Notes: generated from the letters alone by a model not told the origin. Counted from the stretch's first letter, positions 1 to 14,895 are shown. The stretch: DNA of 64,000 nucleotides from Ramazzottius varieornatus (GCA_001949185.1 BDGG01000002.1:372001-436000); one strand, 5' to 3'. Numbers and translations: made by a program.

Positions 1-3000
1 TCTATGCTGTAGGCTAGCTCCTTCGAAATGCGCGGGCTGTCGCACATCTCGATTTCTGGCCACTTTTCCACCGGGCAACCTACCGCCTTTTTGAAACACA
101 GCCTAGCTGTTGGACAGATGGTCCGACATTCCTGCTTTTTAACCGTGCAACATCGTGGACCTATTAGCTTATGCCTGGGGGTCCTAGGCTTTTATTTGGT
201 AGTGAGGGGGCAGAGGCAAGAGTGAGAGGTCATCATGGATGGAACGGCGCAGAGCTGGCAACCTGAAGAGCGACAAATGGCAATTGCATTTGATGAATGG
301 TAGTGGCACTTTACTCGGCCATTTCCCTCTTGATATTCCACACGATGCAGCTCCCGTTACTTCGTTGCCCTATACCAAATACACAAACGCTGGTCCCCCA
401 CTAACCATATATCCCCTCATTAAACTCCAGATAGGACAATCTGGCCCTACTAACTATATCCGACGACTTGTCCACCATTGCACATTCCAGCTTAATGACG
501 CCAAGCCGAAAAAAGCTCCGACGGCGCAACCCCCGCTAATTTCAACAACATCCGATATGCCTGTCAGCTGAGCTCCGGAATGCATAACTGCCAGCGGCCC
601 TGCCCGTAACCTGAGCTCTAGCCGCCTTCACCCATAAGCAACGCTTAATAATGCAGCGTGCCCATAAGCTCCTTTAATAACTCTATCCTGGATCTGTCAC
701 AATCTGCCAACACACTCCTCATCTTCAACTACTCACACCAAGCTCTGACCAAAAAGCCCTTCACTGTCAGATCCCGCCAATGGTATCCGTCCCTAGTCAG
801 GTAAAGTCAACTCATGTCGTCTGCCCGGGTGGACTCGCGCATCAGCGGAAAAATCAATGCAAGTCAGCAAAGCCTTTTGCCCATAAAAAAAATCCTATCC
901 ACAGTTAAAGTGTCTCGACGAGACGGTAGGGGTGTTTAGGAGGATAATGCCCCCGTGCGACATGTCTGACACGTCCATCAATCTCTGGTGGATACAAGCA
1001 GCGCACTTTGATGTCATGATTGAGGGGGTTTGCATTGCCAAAGGTCGCGGCTCATGTGACTAAAGTGCCCTGCTGAAAGTGCGGCCTATGCATTATTGAT
1101 ACATGGGAGAAGAGGCTGTGACGTCAGTGACAGTGATTTATGTGGGGAAACTGTGGTGGTGAGCCCTTTTGGAATATTCAGGGCGGAGTGGCTGGTGAGG
1201 AAAGCAGGAGCCACGTAGGAATACGGTAACCATGAAGATCAATGCGCCACTTGTCAAGAAGTGCAAAAGGCTTTCGCTTGCTCCACTCAAGAAAAGTGCA
1301 TGGCCTGCCATTATTAATGGTGCCCATTGCCACTTTTTTTGTCCAGTCCATTTCCTTCTTCCACCCAGGCACCCTCTGTACCTACAGCGAGACGGTGGGA
1401 GGAACGTGTACCCAAAGACAGAGCCCAGAAAGGTTGCACTTTCCTTCTTCGGCTTTCTTTTCCAACTACAGTATATGCATGGACACTACCACTTCTTCAT
1501 GTGCCATCGACATTTGTCTGTGATGCAGAGTACTCTAGCGCGAAGATGCTTTGTAAAGAAAGCTTATGGGGAGGGGGAGGCGTAGTTTTGCTTAGAGAAT
1601 TACATAAGATTATCAATGCATATTTATACTTGTAGTGAAGTGGATGGCAGGGCTTAAGCAGTTTGCAGTTTTAGTTTGCAGTAGTCGAGTATGCACGGTT
1701 TTGGTAGGGTTGGTTGGTCGAAGGATATTTCTTGAGTACGGATGATTGGTGGCGACAGGCAGGAAACCTAGCAAGTAATGCCCCAAGTGCTATAATCGCC
1801 TGATTGCGTGACGTGACATCTACCGTTTGCCCTACAACGACGGCACCAAAGTCAGCTTCTGACAACCAGCCAAACCACAAGAAGGTCTTACAGTGTCAGA
1901 CGCCCCGCTCCTCCTTTCCAGCCGGCAGTTTGCTATATCGAAAGCCGTTGTTCGTTGATACAAAGTTTACTGTAAAGTCCGCTGCTGTCCCAAGATTGGA
2001 AGGAAAGCAGCCTTGAGAAGAAGAGCAAGGAGTGAGTGTACCGAGTCAACTTGACGGGGGGAAGGCAGCTTTGTCAGTCACCTTTCCATCCGTTGACCTC
2101 GGTCTTTTCAAGGTGCTTTGCCGATGACAAAGGCCAGTATTCAGTCCCGTCCACTGCGTGCAACCATATTTGAGATGTAGTGACGGTTCAGGGACTTTAG
2201 GCATAGGGGCGCTCTTGGTATATAAAGTCTAGCAGCTGAGCTATGGCAGCCCGTGCACAGCGGAAATCTTACCGGATGTGGATCCTTATCCGGCGGTAAT
2301 TATGATCACCCCTTTACAGACATTTCGTTGGCACATCGGCCCACGCTGATCGACTGGCCTGTATATCACATAAGCCCTCGGCGGCCAACACGCTGTCCTC
2401 CTTCTTTCGTAATTACCCCTCTGCTACCAACCTCACAAAACCCATCTCATATATATCTTCTTGTCCATCACATGAAACCTGGAGATGACCCGCGGGGCAT
2501 GATGCCTGACAAAAACAGCATCCTCCGAACAAGACATATTGTCGCAGGCAAACTATGCAGGCGTTTAAGTTCGTGCCCTTGATGGGTCGATGATTTGCAT
2601 AGGTTACTATGCTATCTCTTCTCTTTTGCTGTAGCCATCGGTATTCGATTCAGCACGTGGTCGGCTATTTTACCAGCAACATTGGCTCTTTCTCTTAGGC
2701 GGGCTGTACAGGTAAACGAAGGCTGGTTACAGGGCCAGTTTTCCCATTCTCCCATGGGGTCTTCGATTTTTGATAAGCGCCAACTCTCAATCCAACTTAC
2801 AGGCAATCGATTAATTATCTGCCGTGTAAACTGACAAGCCTTTTCATGGTCTCTTCCGCAGCCAACTCCGTCATCAAAGCCGCAATTAAGGCCATTGTGT
2901 CGACCTGCCGCCAATATTTGCCCCCTTCAAACGGCTTGAAGATGCCTCATATTCAGCTGCTCTTTCACTGCAAAAAAGCGCCTCAAGTTCGCAGTGTACA

Positions 3001-6000
3001 CACTCGATTATACCATGTCCGACTTGCTTGAAGTTATGCGAGAATGACCAAAGAAAAAGAAGGGTACAGCGGCCTGCATCCCCTGCGTTTGCAGGCAACG
3101 TTTGCTTGCGTTATTGAAAAAGTTTCGGATTTTGACCACTAGGCCAAATGTCGGTTACCTTTGGCTACGACTATTTCAAGCCTTTTGCCCATTCACGACT
3201 ATTTCATGCAGGTCCAAATTGTGCAGTTGGCCAGCAGTTAAGAAATATTGATTGTTACAAAAACAACATGCAGCTGCCTGTCGTCGACATGTCGTGAGGG
3301 GAATGGCAAAAGAGTTGAGCTGGGCACAATCCCCTCTCTTCCATCCTGCAGATCCTGGGCTTTGTCCTGGCGGTTAGCCAGCGCCTCACAGTGGGATAAT
3401 GGTGAAACTGGGTTACGCCACAGGACTTTTCGGCGGGCCGCTCTCCGGCCTTTCGGAGATAACGAAAGAGAAAAAAACCATCGCATGGCTAAGCGCAATG
3501 CAATATGCGTAATTGCCTATAGACCAACCAGCGCATAAAAACAAAGCGTGAGGCGCGCGTCCTCAGCGGCATATGAGACAGCAAGCGTAAGCCCACGTCT
3601 GGCAAGATGAGAAAAAACCATCCGAGCGACAGCTGGTTAGAGCGACGTCGAAACGGACATATGTAGGTGGCGGTATCCATGATCGATAGCACAGGTAGAA
3701 GATATGCGAAGGTTGCAAATCGTCAGGACTTTCAGGCCTATTCCTGTCCTCATCCATAGGCTTACAGGCAGCACTTCACACCTGCATCATCACAAACCAG
3801 AGCTGACGTTAGCACAATGCAGCAAGGAGCAGGGTGGACGTCTGCCGTTTTTGACCAGAAATCAGCAGTGTCGCCAATTTGTAAGCCACCCTCGTTTGAT
3901 TAGCGCCAATTTGGCTTTCATCGTCAGTGCCATCCCATTGAAAATGCATGGCAGATCCATACATGGCATATTCCTCGTCCTATGCATAAATGATTTCGTT
4001 GGCTTGGCCGCGGTTCCACGATTACGAGGACGAAAGGTGTCGGTGTTTTTGAGCTGACGATGAGACCGTCGGGTTCTTCAGGGCAAGTTACAGACTTAAA
4101 AGTCGCCAAGTGACAATGTTTGCACGGTGTAATCCCTTGAAAGACAATGTTGGTCGCCAGCTTGTCAAAGCCAAAGTCGAAGCTATTTTTGGCGCGTGGC
4201 GAAACGTCATTTTCGTCGTTACTGATCAATTAGGGTTCTGGCTGTGAGGGTCTTTACGGTTCCTGACAGCCATTCTAGGCCAGGTCAGATTGAAATTCCT
4301 TGGCATCAAATTGTAGTAGGCTGCTTTTGAACATTGACCCACGCAACTTGCCATTGACTCGAATCGAAGCTGATCTCTTCCACCCAAGTCATAGCTGATA
4401 CTGTTGGGCAGCCAGCGGCAAGGAACGTCCTGTCTTACCTGTCGACTAATGTTGAAGGCCAATCCAAGTACTCTGTCCTCTGCCAAAATTTCCCACATAC
4501 ACCACTGACAGATGAAATTTCCACTGAGAATAAAGTAAGAAGCGAAACAGTGCAGAAGATATTATGGGAAAATATGCAGCAGGAAGGAGGAATAATATAT
4601 ATGGTGCGGATGATGAAGTTTCCCCCTAGGCAAATGGCAATGCTGAGGAAGGACGAAAAACAGCTGATGAAGAGTGGCTGAACGGAGGTTATAGCTTGTT
4701 GTCAGTGGAAGAGAAGACTGACAGGCATATAAGTAAGCTAGATGTAGTGGAGAGATATGGCCGGGATGGATCAGGAAGAGGCACCTAGTCTAAAGTGCCT
4801 CTATCGTTATAGCGCTGTCACATGGCGCAGCAGTATATCCACTTTGGCACACAGACAAAAAACAGGGAAGCGGAGAGGAGTCTATGGAGCAATCGAGCTG
4901 TCGACCCTTATAACGTGACAGTCTCCAGTTGAACTTTCTGTTCGTCGACCATTTCCCTCACCTTTCTCGACTATGGACTATGGAGGCATCAGAACATGAA
5001 CACCGTTGGACTATGGAGGCATCAGCCTCCTTCTTGAAGATTGAGGCGGAAAATGGGATATATGCTTGTTGCCGAGCTGGAGAGAAGAGGTATGGGTAGG
5101 CGGGAATTAAAGGAGATACTGTCGACAGAAGGGCTCATGATCATCGGCACTGCGGAAGCTATTAACTTGTGAAGTGGCGTAATAACGTTGAGCGGCGACA
5201 AATGTCTTGGCTACCATCTTCAGCTCAAGACTCTGAAGCTCTGGCAGGCCGCTAAATCAACGAGCCAAGATGCATAAACACACGCAGACTCAATCGTCTG
5301 CATCTCCCTCTTTCTCTCTTCCCTTTCAGCAGTATTTACGGGATAATATGTTCATTTCATCACACAGCACACGCCAACGACTACACGGATGAAATATGAA
5401 GAATATCATCCATGCCCTACACGCTACAGCCAGGCATCATCCCCTGTAAGCTAGCTATCATTGAAGAGCCCGATTAAGCCCTGGTGTCAACGCTACGCTG
5501 CATCCGTGATTGAAGGTGTGCTTTAATTCCTCTATCCTCTCCTGTGCCGCTAGCTTCTGTCAATTGAATTAGTTCGATAGTGGCTGCAGCCTAGTCACCA
5601 GGGAATATGACCGCCAGCCAGCCAGTCAGCTCCAGCCAATGTTGTTTTTGCTCCGGCTGTTGTAGTGGGTTTTTCTTGGTTGACGAGGAATTTGACTAAT
5701 GTTTGTGGTATGGTCGAGTGCAACATGCCAATGGAAGGAAGGAATGCGCTCGATATTTCTTCTTGTAGCGTAACTTGCCATCATTGACGTGCAGGCTGGG
5801 GTATCTGCCGTACGTACTGCAAGGTCCACGGACAGCCTCAACGTTGGCGGCCTGTAAGAGGTCGCCCATTTGGACGGCGCAGTATAAACTGCACTGCTGG
5901 CGGTCTTTTGTGGTCGAAGGAGGAACTGATTATACTTGTATAAAGTTGAGCAGACAAGGGGCCAGAGGGGAGTTATGGATTGGCCCTCGGTACAAAGGAC

Positions 6001-6584
6001 GCTCGGTCGGGGTGAGCGGACCATGCAGCTCCAACTCTCCATCCAATGTTGATTTATCTCTTCAATAGAGTGAGTGCACATGCATAGACTTTATATGCAG
6101 CCGAACTGCCACTCCTACCTGCCTCCCCATCCGCACTATATCCAACCCTCACAGCTTCTGCCTCGCTTGGCGGCAGCACCGTACAAGGCCATTGCAGAAA
6201 TAAAGTTCAACTCCTACTGCTATGATGGCCCACCCCATTAAATTCCCTTTCATATTGTTTGATGCAGTTTGTTACGGAAGGGTTCAGTGATAATACATCT
6301 CATGATATCATATAAAATTTGCATTGGCAAAAGTGCAAGTATAACATTGAACGCGTGCTATTGCGACTAGAATGAAATTAGCAGAGGTGGACAGTATAAT
6401 GTATGCAGCTTGCAGTGTAAACAATGAATGCTCAAATCCGACGCGGCTACTTTCACCGAAATTACGCTACTACTTGTTCCTTTGCAAAAGAAGCCAGGGG
6501 TGACATATCGCTAGCGAGATCAAAGATGTGCAGTTTGTTAGCTATAGACAAGGACTATTTGCCGTGGACCTCGTCCATCCCCCT

Positions 6585-9500
6585 TCAGATCTGGTCGTCC
6601 CACTCCAGTTCGCTTCTGGTCATGCGGCTGTCCTTGCCTTTGCTGACAGTCTCCAGGCAGCTCTGGCTCCGACGGATGGACTGATGTGGATCTGCTTGTC
6701 CCTGGACCAGGCCTTGGCGGTTGGGCTTGCTGCATTCCTCGCACTCGGCCGACGAGTCCTCCTCTTCCTGTACCAACCGACCTGGTCCTCGAACTTCCGC
6801 TTCTTCGTCCGTCTCATCATAGTCGCGCTCGAACTCCTCCTCCTCCTCGTGGTCGTCGTACTCGGCGTCCGAACCGCCCCCAACTTGCATAGTCTACAAC
6901 ATCACCACAACGCCATCAGTTGTCACTTACCGTCAGACTTCTATACGGCACCGAAGTTAGGCAGCCCAATTAGCCCGTCCATATTGTTTTCCACAAGTGG
7001 CGCACCTTCTCATTGTCACGGGCTGACAGCCTGCGTCACCCGAGAAAACGATCGTCAGGGAATTCCCAAGTGGCGCAGGCCACCGGCTAAGAAAGGTGAA
7101 AGCGTGCGCCACTTAGGAAAAGAAGCCTCTTGTACTGTCTGTGTCTTTGTTCTGATACCTCGAGTGGGTTGATGGTGATGGACATGCCGCCATCGTCCCA
7201 GACCATGTCACCTTTCGGCTTGATGGTGCTTCCCTTCTCCACATCTTCATCTTCGAAATCCAAGTCGTCATGGTCCAGGTCGGCGCTGGTCTGTCGTTTT
7301 CGCAATGTGCGGCGCATCTTGCCCAAAGCCTTCAGCGAGGGCGGCAGGGCTTTCTTGGCTCGAGAAGGGCTGTTTTGCAGGTGGTGATTCTTGTCCTGTA
7401 TCTGGATGACTCGAATCTTGAGGATAGCCACCACCACCACCACAATCAGGACGGCCACACAGACCACAACCACCGCGGTAATGGCGATACCTAAGAAGAA
7501 AACGGCAATTGGGCCATCACGGAAATGGCTACTGTTTGATACAACGGTGAGTGTTGCCCTTACCGTTGGCGCCCAGATGTTCGGCATGTGCCGAAGAGTG
7601 GTACTGGGGCACCGAGAAGATAGAGCGCGGTCCGTAGAAAGCATCGACGTCCAGTGTGCGAGCGACGGAGGGACGGCCAATGGAGATGTGTTCCGTGTGA
7701 ACCGCCATGTTGGACTGCTGGATACTGCGGCGAACGCTGCCCGCTTCCATCGTATGCATCACCACAGCTTTTTCCACACGCTCAAAGTTCTTCAAGTTGA
7801 CCTAAAGAAAAGGGTAATGTGTTACAACTCATCGGGTTTCCTCCAGCTATCCATTAGAGTTTATTTTACAGCTTGAAGCTGCTGCAGAGAGGCTCAAGTC
7901 CCTTTCGCGACATTGTGCTACGAGTTGCCGTAAGAATGGTATATTTACCTGCAGTACGTATTCGGCTGATGGGACTTTGCTGAACATCTCCACACAAGTC
8001 AGGCCAAGTTGCAGGAGGATATTACTGTTGATCGGTGGCTTGTCGTTGATAAACTTGAGTCGGACATCGCGCAGCAGCGTCAAGAAGTCGGGGATCTCGT
8101 TGTTGACACCCGAGCCCTGGATGGTCCACTGCTTGTCATGCAGCGAGTCTTTGACCTGTCGGATGTCCATCTTCAGCGGTTTGGCCAAGTCATCGGACAG
8201 GACCAGCGTCACCTCCTCTTCCTTGTTGTCATTGTGCAAGGTCAGCGTGCACAGGTCCAGCAGGATGATTTCTCGCGAGAACTTTCGGACCAAAGAGTCG
8301 TAATCAGGCATGGAGGCGCTCATCTTGGCCTCCTTGTCGTCGGAGGAGTGGGCAGCCGAGCGCATGACGGAGATGGTCAGCGAGTCTAGCACCTTCATGC
8401 CGCTGTGAAGGACCAGCGCGTCGGCGTTCTCCATGCCGTCGATGGTCAGCGAGGAGGGGCCGGTGAGGGAGATGACAGGGGGCGCTGCTACGCCCACCTC
8501 GATGCGCATGCTGACGTCGGGCAGATTGTGGCTGAGGCTGTGCACTGAGCCGTTCTGGTCCGTTGACTTACACCTGTCATTAGACCTTTCTCTTCCAAAG
8601 CCCAGATAGTTTACTGACAATAAAAGGGGCTTTCCTTACTGATATGATGTACGCAGGTTGATGAAGCGAAGTCCGGGCGTTGGATAGGTTCGGTCGTTCT
8701 CATAGCCAATCTTTTGCATCAAGTTCTGGAAAGCGGCCACGTCATAGCCCTCCACCAACATCTCGTTCTCGTCAGAGTCCAGCATGGAAAAGACTGCTTG
8801 GGCCGAAGAGGCGCTGTCCGCCACCGTCAGTCGTTCGGCGCATTTCTGTAGACACTGTAAGACGGACTCTTCTTCCGTGTCGTTGACCAAGACCGACAGC
8901 CCGTCAAGGTAGCCTTTCAAGTGCTGATCCATTCGCTGTTGCGCCCCTGAGTAAACACATTAATAAGCCTTATACAGGTGTACCAACAAATTAACCGTCG
9001 AAAATGGGTGTTAGAAGGAGCCAGATGGAAATGGCCAATGGAATTTGCGCATGCGGCCAATCGAAAACCTTATTGGTCGAAGGTTGATTAAGCTCCCGTT
9101 TAATTGTCACGCCCATTATTGACGGTTAGTTTTTTGGTGCACTGTACACTGAGCATGATCAATCCTCAAGGGGAAAGATTGGCCAAAAAAATATAACGTA
9201 AGACAACAATGTTGGGTATGGCATTGGTTGGATATACCTTGCCAGCAAGCGCCAACGACGGTGGTAGTTTGTAGTCCCTTGATGGGATGCAGGGCCCAAT
9301 CGTCGATAATTTCGGTGGCGGCGTCATCCTCAAACTCTTTGCCATCGATAAAGAGCTTGACATCGGGGTAGTTGACGCTGATGGCGTAATGATGCCAATG
9401 GCCGCCGCACAGTTGCTCTTCCAGATCCCAGCGCCACTCGGCCGGCCGGAAGACGGTGACTTGGTCGCCGGCCCGCGTTTCGCGTCGCAGCAGTAGACTC

Positions 9501-12500
9501 AAGCGGCAGTTGCGGACATAGAGGCTAACGTGGTGGCGACTGCGCTGGTGGTCGTCGGAGATGCAGAGGATACTCTCCTTAGGGTACTTGTGGTCAAAAG
9601 TCTTGTTGAGGGGGGCTTGGCGCTTCAGCCAGCTGCTGATGGTGAAGGAGCGGTTGAAGGTGTCGGCACTGACCTTGTCCGACGTCAGGACGATGGCCGT
9701 CGAGGCTCCGTCAAACTGTAGGATATTGCTACCCTGCTGCCTCATCGATCCACTGCCATCCATCTTGGGCAACGTGCTGCCGTGGCTGCTGCTTGACGGC
9801 CTCTGTGGCAACAGCTCGATCAAGGAGGAATGGGGACGCCACTTGGACAAACAGCGCTTGCGTTGCACCTGTCATAAGAAGGATACTTTTTAACCCCTTG
9901 CGACACATGTCATGCCTACAGCGTCTATAGTACTGTACCACTGTACCTCCACAGGCAGTTTGTCTTCGCGATCGCAGCCTTTGCCAATATGGTCGTTGTT
10001 CAAGGTGACATGGCCAGTAATTTTCTCCAGCTGCTGGCAGTCCTTCAAAGAGGCTGTGCACAGCTCCAGCTTGGACTGCTTATACAAGGGTGCGGGCGAC
10101 GACTCGAGGCTGTAGTCCACTCTCGCCGGAATGCCTAGACCAAGACACCACAGACCTCACTTGTAATCAACTTGCCAATCCCCACTGCATACAACATTAC
10201 CAGCCAACCCCATCATTCAATGACATTCACACCCTCAAATTCACCCCACCCCCTCGCAAGCTCCCCATGCCAATATTACCTACGTCACAGATTGATCGGG
10301 GGAACAAAATTAAACACGACAATCTTACCGATCTGATGGAACCATTTATTTCGAATCAAGCTGTACTTGACCGGACTTGTCACCATAAAAAAAGAACTGC
10401 TTTTTCTGTCTTCAGCCACTGTACATATAGGGTAAATTTGTACTGACCTTGCCAACGAGGCGCACAGAGGGGTTTGACGTCGATGCGCACTGTGGCGGGG
10501 TGGAGCGTCCTCTTCTTGCCTCCATCAAAGGCCACCACCGTCAAGACGAAGTTGGGCTGGTGGCTGTAGTTGAGTGGCCGAAGGTTACCAATGTTGCCCA
10601 GTTCGTCGATGTAGAAGGGGGCGCCTTTGCTGTCGATCAGCTCGTAGCGTTGAATCTTGCCATAGAGTGTCTTGTCGCAGTCCTCGTCCAAGGCCTGCAC
10701 TTGGACGATGCTGTGCGTCACCACGCCCTCTTGAATACTGCCACTGTACTCACGCTTGGCGAACTTGGGCTCATATTCGTTGACGTCCTCCACCGCCACT
10801 TTGACTCGGGCACTAGAAGAAAGGAGGCAGAGAAGACAAATCAATTAATCCGATTGAGGACGCTTAAGGCCTTCGTTATGCTCCATCAAACTTATCGATC
10901 AAAGGATCCAAGGCAAAAACACCAAGCACGACTTCCTTGTCCACAGAGTAATTGGACGATTAGTCTCATCTATTATTCAACCCGCTCCACAAAAAATAAT
11001 CAACAATAATGCTGTCACCTCCATGACCGTCAAAGGTCGTATCTGCTTGTTTCTCTTTTCCATATGGTATGTGAATAATACCATTTGAGCCTTTTGTATT
11101 TGACCAATACGATTCATCTCATAAGTCATAATTTAACGTGACCCAAGAATGTGAGTGTTATTTTTCCACGACCTTTTTTCAGTCTTGTGTTTTTTTGTCG
11201 AGTGGGAATGTGATGATGGCAGTGCATTGTTTACCTTTGAGAGACATGGCCGGCACAGCTGACGGCGACAATATCAAATTCATAGCTGGCTTTGTGTTCG
11301 CAGTTGAGATTTATCGTACTTTGCAGCACCGCTTCACGTTTGTTCTCCTTGGAAGGCCGAATGGTGAAGGGGAGCTCTTGGTTGGGCTCCTCTTCCTCCT
11401 CCTCGTCCTCATCCTCCCGATAGTCCTCCCCCTCCTCCAACCGGGCTTTTGGTGGGCGATGCCTTTTCAGCCCTTGTTCATCGGGCAGGTCCTCCACATC
11501 ATTCTGTCTCGTCCCATTGTGGACCTTGTTATTAACGAGCGGCAATATCTTGTAATGACAGACATCGGCCTGCTTTAGCTTCTTGTCCTGGGCGTGCAGC
11601 GCCGCGCTTCCCCCTTCTTCTTCCAAGGGCAGCACGCGAATGGCCGGCTCGACAATCAACTCTTTTGTGTTCTCTGTGACGTAGACATGATAAGCCTCCG
11701 CCACTCTCTCCTCTCCCTCGATATGGTGCGTTCGGTGGAAGGCTCGCAGATTCTGCCCGATGGCAAACTTGGGAGCTGTTTAAAGAGAAGGAAAAGATAC
11801 TTGTCAGTCTGCCCTCAACATGGTCGTTAGTGTACTGTCGACACTACCATTTCCCTGACCAATGTATCCTTATCGTCTGGCCCAAAGGGCCTTGGCGTGC
11901 CACAGAACAAACAAAGTCTAGGAAGAAGTTGCCTATTCAACCGTGCTTGAAGTTGAGTATGCCACATAATAATTCTCACTCACTGCAGTATATTCCAAGC
12001 TTTAACGCCCCTGGCAAGCAAATCACTTTCCCTCGTCAAGTACTATTCAAATCTATGCAGTGATGCAGAGGAATATTCAGAGAAAGCTAGGGCAAGTCAC
12101 AATTGCCCGACCTTGGCGAAAATTCCCAAAACAAGTCGGGCTGTTGGCTTCAGGACTTCTGTCGACTTGTCTAAAGGTCAGCAGTGCAGATGCAGGAAGG
12201 GCGCCATGCTTAATCATTTATTACTGAGCTGATGCTGGAAGCAGTTTTTGCAATAGATGGTTGTTGCTGTGGGCTGCTCGACATTTCCGGCTGCGCGTCA
12301 TTGATGGCTTCATGTCCGATCATACACATAAAATTCTTCCCTACCCAAGCAAGCAACCGAAAGCTTGCACTAATCGATCCCAATATTCTCCTTCCTATAA
12401 CACCCCCAGCCTCTGATTAAACAACCGCCCATCATCTTCGTCCACAACGATTTTCCGCCTTACGGATGGTGGAAAATCCTTCCGGCCTTAAATTCTGACA

Positions 12501-14895
12501 GAAACTAGACGCTTGTTCATTATGCACAAATCAAAACCTATTATCATAATACGCTGCAACTGTACGTAGCTTACGCGTACTTCGTAGTGAGTTTGAATTT
12601 TCCGTTTTACCACGCTTTTTGCAGTCCATAATATCATGTTGTGAAATGTCTGACTGGCTATCTGTCATCTGAAGCGTAAGAGATCTTCAAGAAAACCTGC
12701 GCCAGCCCTTGGCGCAAATGAATGACAGAGGGCGGTTAATGCCATCAGAGGAGCAAAGAGACGTCTTTCCTGCAGTTTTCTTCAGATCAGGGCCGTATCC
12801 TTGGCTCATGACCTCTCATCTGCAGCAAGCGGTCACATGAGCTTACCCTGCAAGAACCCCCACAAAGTAATTTCGCAGAAAGGTTGGTGCATTATCCACG
12901 TCGGTACTTAAAGGTCCCGGCGTCCCTGTCCCTGGATCCCTGTCAGCGGAGTATTGTATACTCTCCCGAAATTCACGTACGTCACTCCATTCAGAGTGTA
13001 AAACTAGACGGTAAGACCCCAATGATTTGAGTCAGTGACGTACGTGAATTTCGGGAGAGCATACAGTAGGTGGACCGTGCGTGCTCAGAAGCCCCTTTCT
13101 TATCTCTGGCCAGCTGACAAGAGCTCCTAATTATCCTCTTTGATCCCAAAGAGTTTTCTCATCTGCCAAGATTGCTCGTCATCTCACTTGATCGCTGTTG
13201 ATGAGTTTCATCGGGCTGTATACATGTAGCTATAGACGGTTGGTAGCCATAGACCCAATGCCAACAGGCAATCCCTCTAGCTCTCCAAAACGGAGACCCA
13301 GCAAGCTGACGTTGCATCATACGAGTCTTGTCAAGCGCATTGCGCCAGTCTTCAGGCCATTTTTTTTCTTCTCTTTTCACAAGTTGAACTTGTGATGGGA
13401 AGAAGAAATGTGTCAATGTGTAAGTACTGTATTTGGACGTTGAGGCAATTACTATACACGCATCTGTTGGTTGCTGCCTAACTTAGCTAGCCTGTAAGTC
13501 GGAAATCGATGGCGTTCATCCAAGTCATTACTTTCCTTTTCAAGCCATTTTTGCGCCTAAGCCCAACTTGTCCTCCCTATAGGCCTCCATATTCTCCCCT
13601 CTATGCTTTGCCGGCATTCTTCGGCCCTAAGCCTCTCATTTTCCACTTGGATTTCTAATAACGAAACTGGAAGTAGGAGGCAGGAAGCCATATACCGTAT
13701 ATGCAGCAGATCTGGAGGCCGCATGTCCACCGTTAGTTGTCCTTAATGTTGTCTTGCTGATCATGATGGGATATCCGTTAGGGGAGGAAGCCCAGCCTGG
13801 GCTAAATTCTCATATCCTCCTTGCCATCGCCATAGATCCTCATAGGCAGTCCGCCCTCCACCTGAGATGGCTGGCAAAAGTGGCCTGTAATGCATTTAGC
13901 CCTGGCAAACAAGCTGGGAGATCATTTACAGGCCGATGGAGCGATCGATGAATAAGCCTTGTTTCTTGCAAAGAAGACAAGTGGACGTGTAAGGGGATAC
14001 TATGGGTGTTGTTGTTACGGAAAGACGTTGTTACGCTAGGGCCATGCCGCCTCTGATTAGGTGTCCTTGTGTCCAAAGAGCTGGCCAAAGTGCGCCCTCT
14101 TACACAACCCATTTTCCTCGCTAAAGAGCCGCTATCTCCTCGCTCATTCGTTTTCTGTACCGAGGACAGAAAGAATGTTTCAAGTGAGCGATGTGACACC
14201 GGCAACAGCGTCATATCTTCAAAAACGGCCTATTTACTCCAGCGGGATGGGAGACCTGATCCCTGGCTCGCTCCATCCCCCCTACGCATGCAGCCAGCCA
14301 GCCAAAGAAAGCAGCGACGTGCATGCCTGCTCTTTGCCCATTCACTGATCAAACTGACATTTCCCCACTGAAATAACACAGTACGCCTGCCTCAAAATAA
14401 AACTGTCGGCTTCACTAGACAAATGATTTCGCCTTTTCTGATGATACCGCCCACAATATCTTTGGCATATTCATCGTCGGGTAACGACAGCAAAGTTAAC
14501 ACTGCCCAAGAATATCTTGCCATAATAGCGGGCCAAAGTTGCGGGAAACTTTCGAACGTGGCTATCAAAGTCCTCGAGTGTGAGAAGTTTAAAAGAAAAC
14601 GATGGAATTTGTCGTCGATATCAGCATTCCTAACAAGTCTAAAGTGAGGTTGGAGATAGCGTAATTGGCCAAATGTTTAGTCATCGCAAGGTACAGAAGC
14701 TGTTTAGTCATCAACTTCCGTGTTTACAGTATATGCGTCCGGCCAATACTACAGATGAACTTGCGAAGGTACAGCCATCATTTAGGGGACGTCATCATAG
14801 GGCAAAAGGTTGAGCTTACCTCGGGCGGAAATATGCTGAGAGGAGAGAATGGCCAGGAAGAGAGTCCAAGTGGCAGCTAGATGCCTGCTGCACAT
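6585..14895 (-). CDS. CLSTN: Calsyntenin (CLSTN/casy-1): signal peptide, two cadherin repeats, LamG/LNS domain, TM helix, acidic tail; multi-exon
   Basis: Signal-peptide exon 14895-14820 (MCSRHLAATWTLFLAILSSQHISAR, gtaag donor) splices in phase to ~11775. Cadherin motifs VAVEDVNEYEPKF and VQALDEDC (10449-10814). LamG motif HWHHYAISVNYPDVKLFIDG (9237-9868). TM IAITAVVVVCVAVLIVVVVVAIL. Two calsyntenin kinesin-light-chain W-acidic motifs, MVWDDGGMSITINPLE and ELEWDDQI*. Confidence 0.95.
6994..7115. repeat. Palindromic intronic array, 2 units of CAAGTGGCGCAC-N25-GTGCGCCACTTG
   Basis: Arms at 6994-7005/7031-7042 and 7067-7078/7104-7115; both spacers 25 nt; last calsyntenin intron. Confidence 0.85.
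8975..9144. mobile_element. Tc1/mariner-type MITE in a calsyntenin intron
   Basis: Left end CAGGTGTACCAACAAATTAACCGTC versus right end reverse complement CAGTGCACCAAAAAACTAACCGTC; TA on both flanks. Confidence 0.75.
12952..13068. mobile_element. Short MITE / foldback with ~35-bp TIRs
   Basis: TATTGTATACTCTCCCGAAATTCACGTACGTCACT versus AGTGACGTACGTGAATTTCGGGAGAGCATACAGTA; TA termini; lies in calsyntenin intron 1. Confidence 0.8.

Noticed and set aside
4975-5026. Direct repeat GGACTATGGAGGCATCAG x2
   Set aside because: Simple local duplication with no further structure.
1-6500. Many short ORFs, including a signal-like MHGRSIHGIFLVLCIND at ~3944
   Set aside because: No recognisable domain or consistent exon chain; cannot support a gene call.
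6528-11830. Plus-strand ORFs overlapping calsyntenin (similar ones overlap the Tudor, GLUT and AXDND1 genes)
   Set aside because: Antisense shadows of GC3-rich coding exons.
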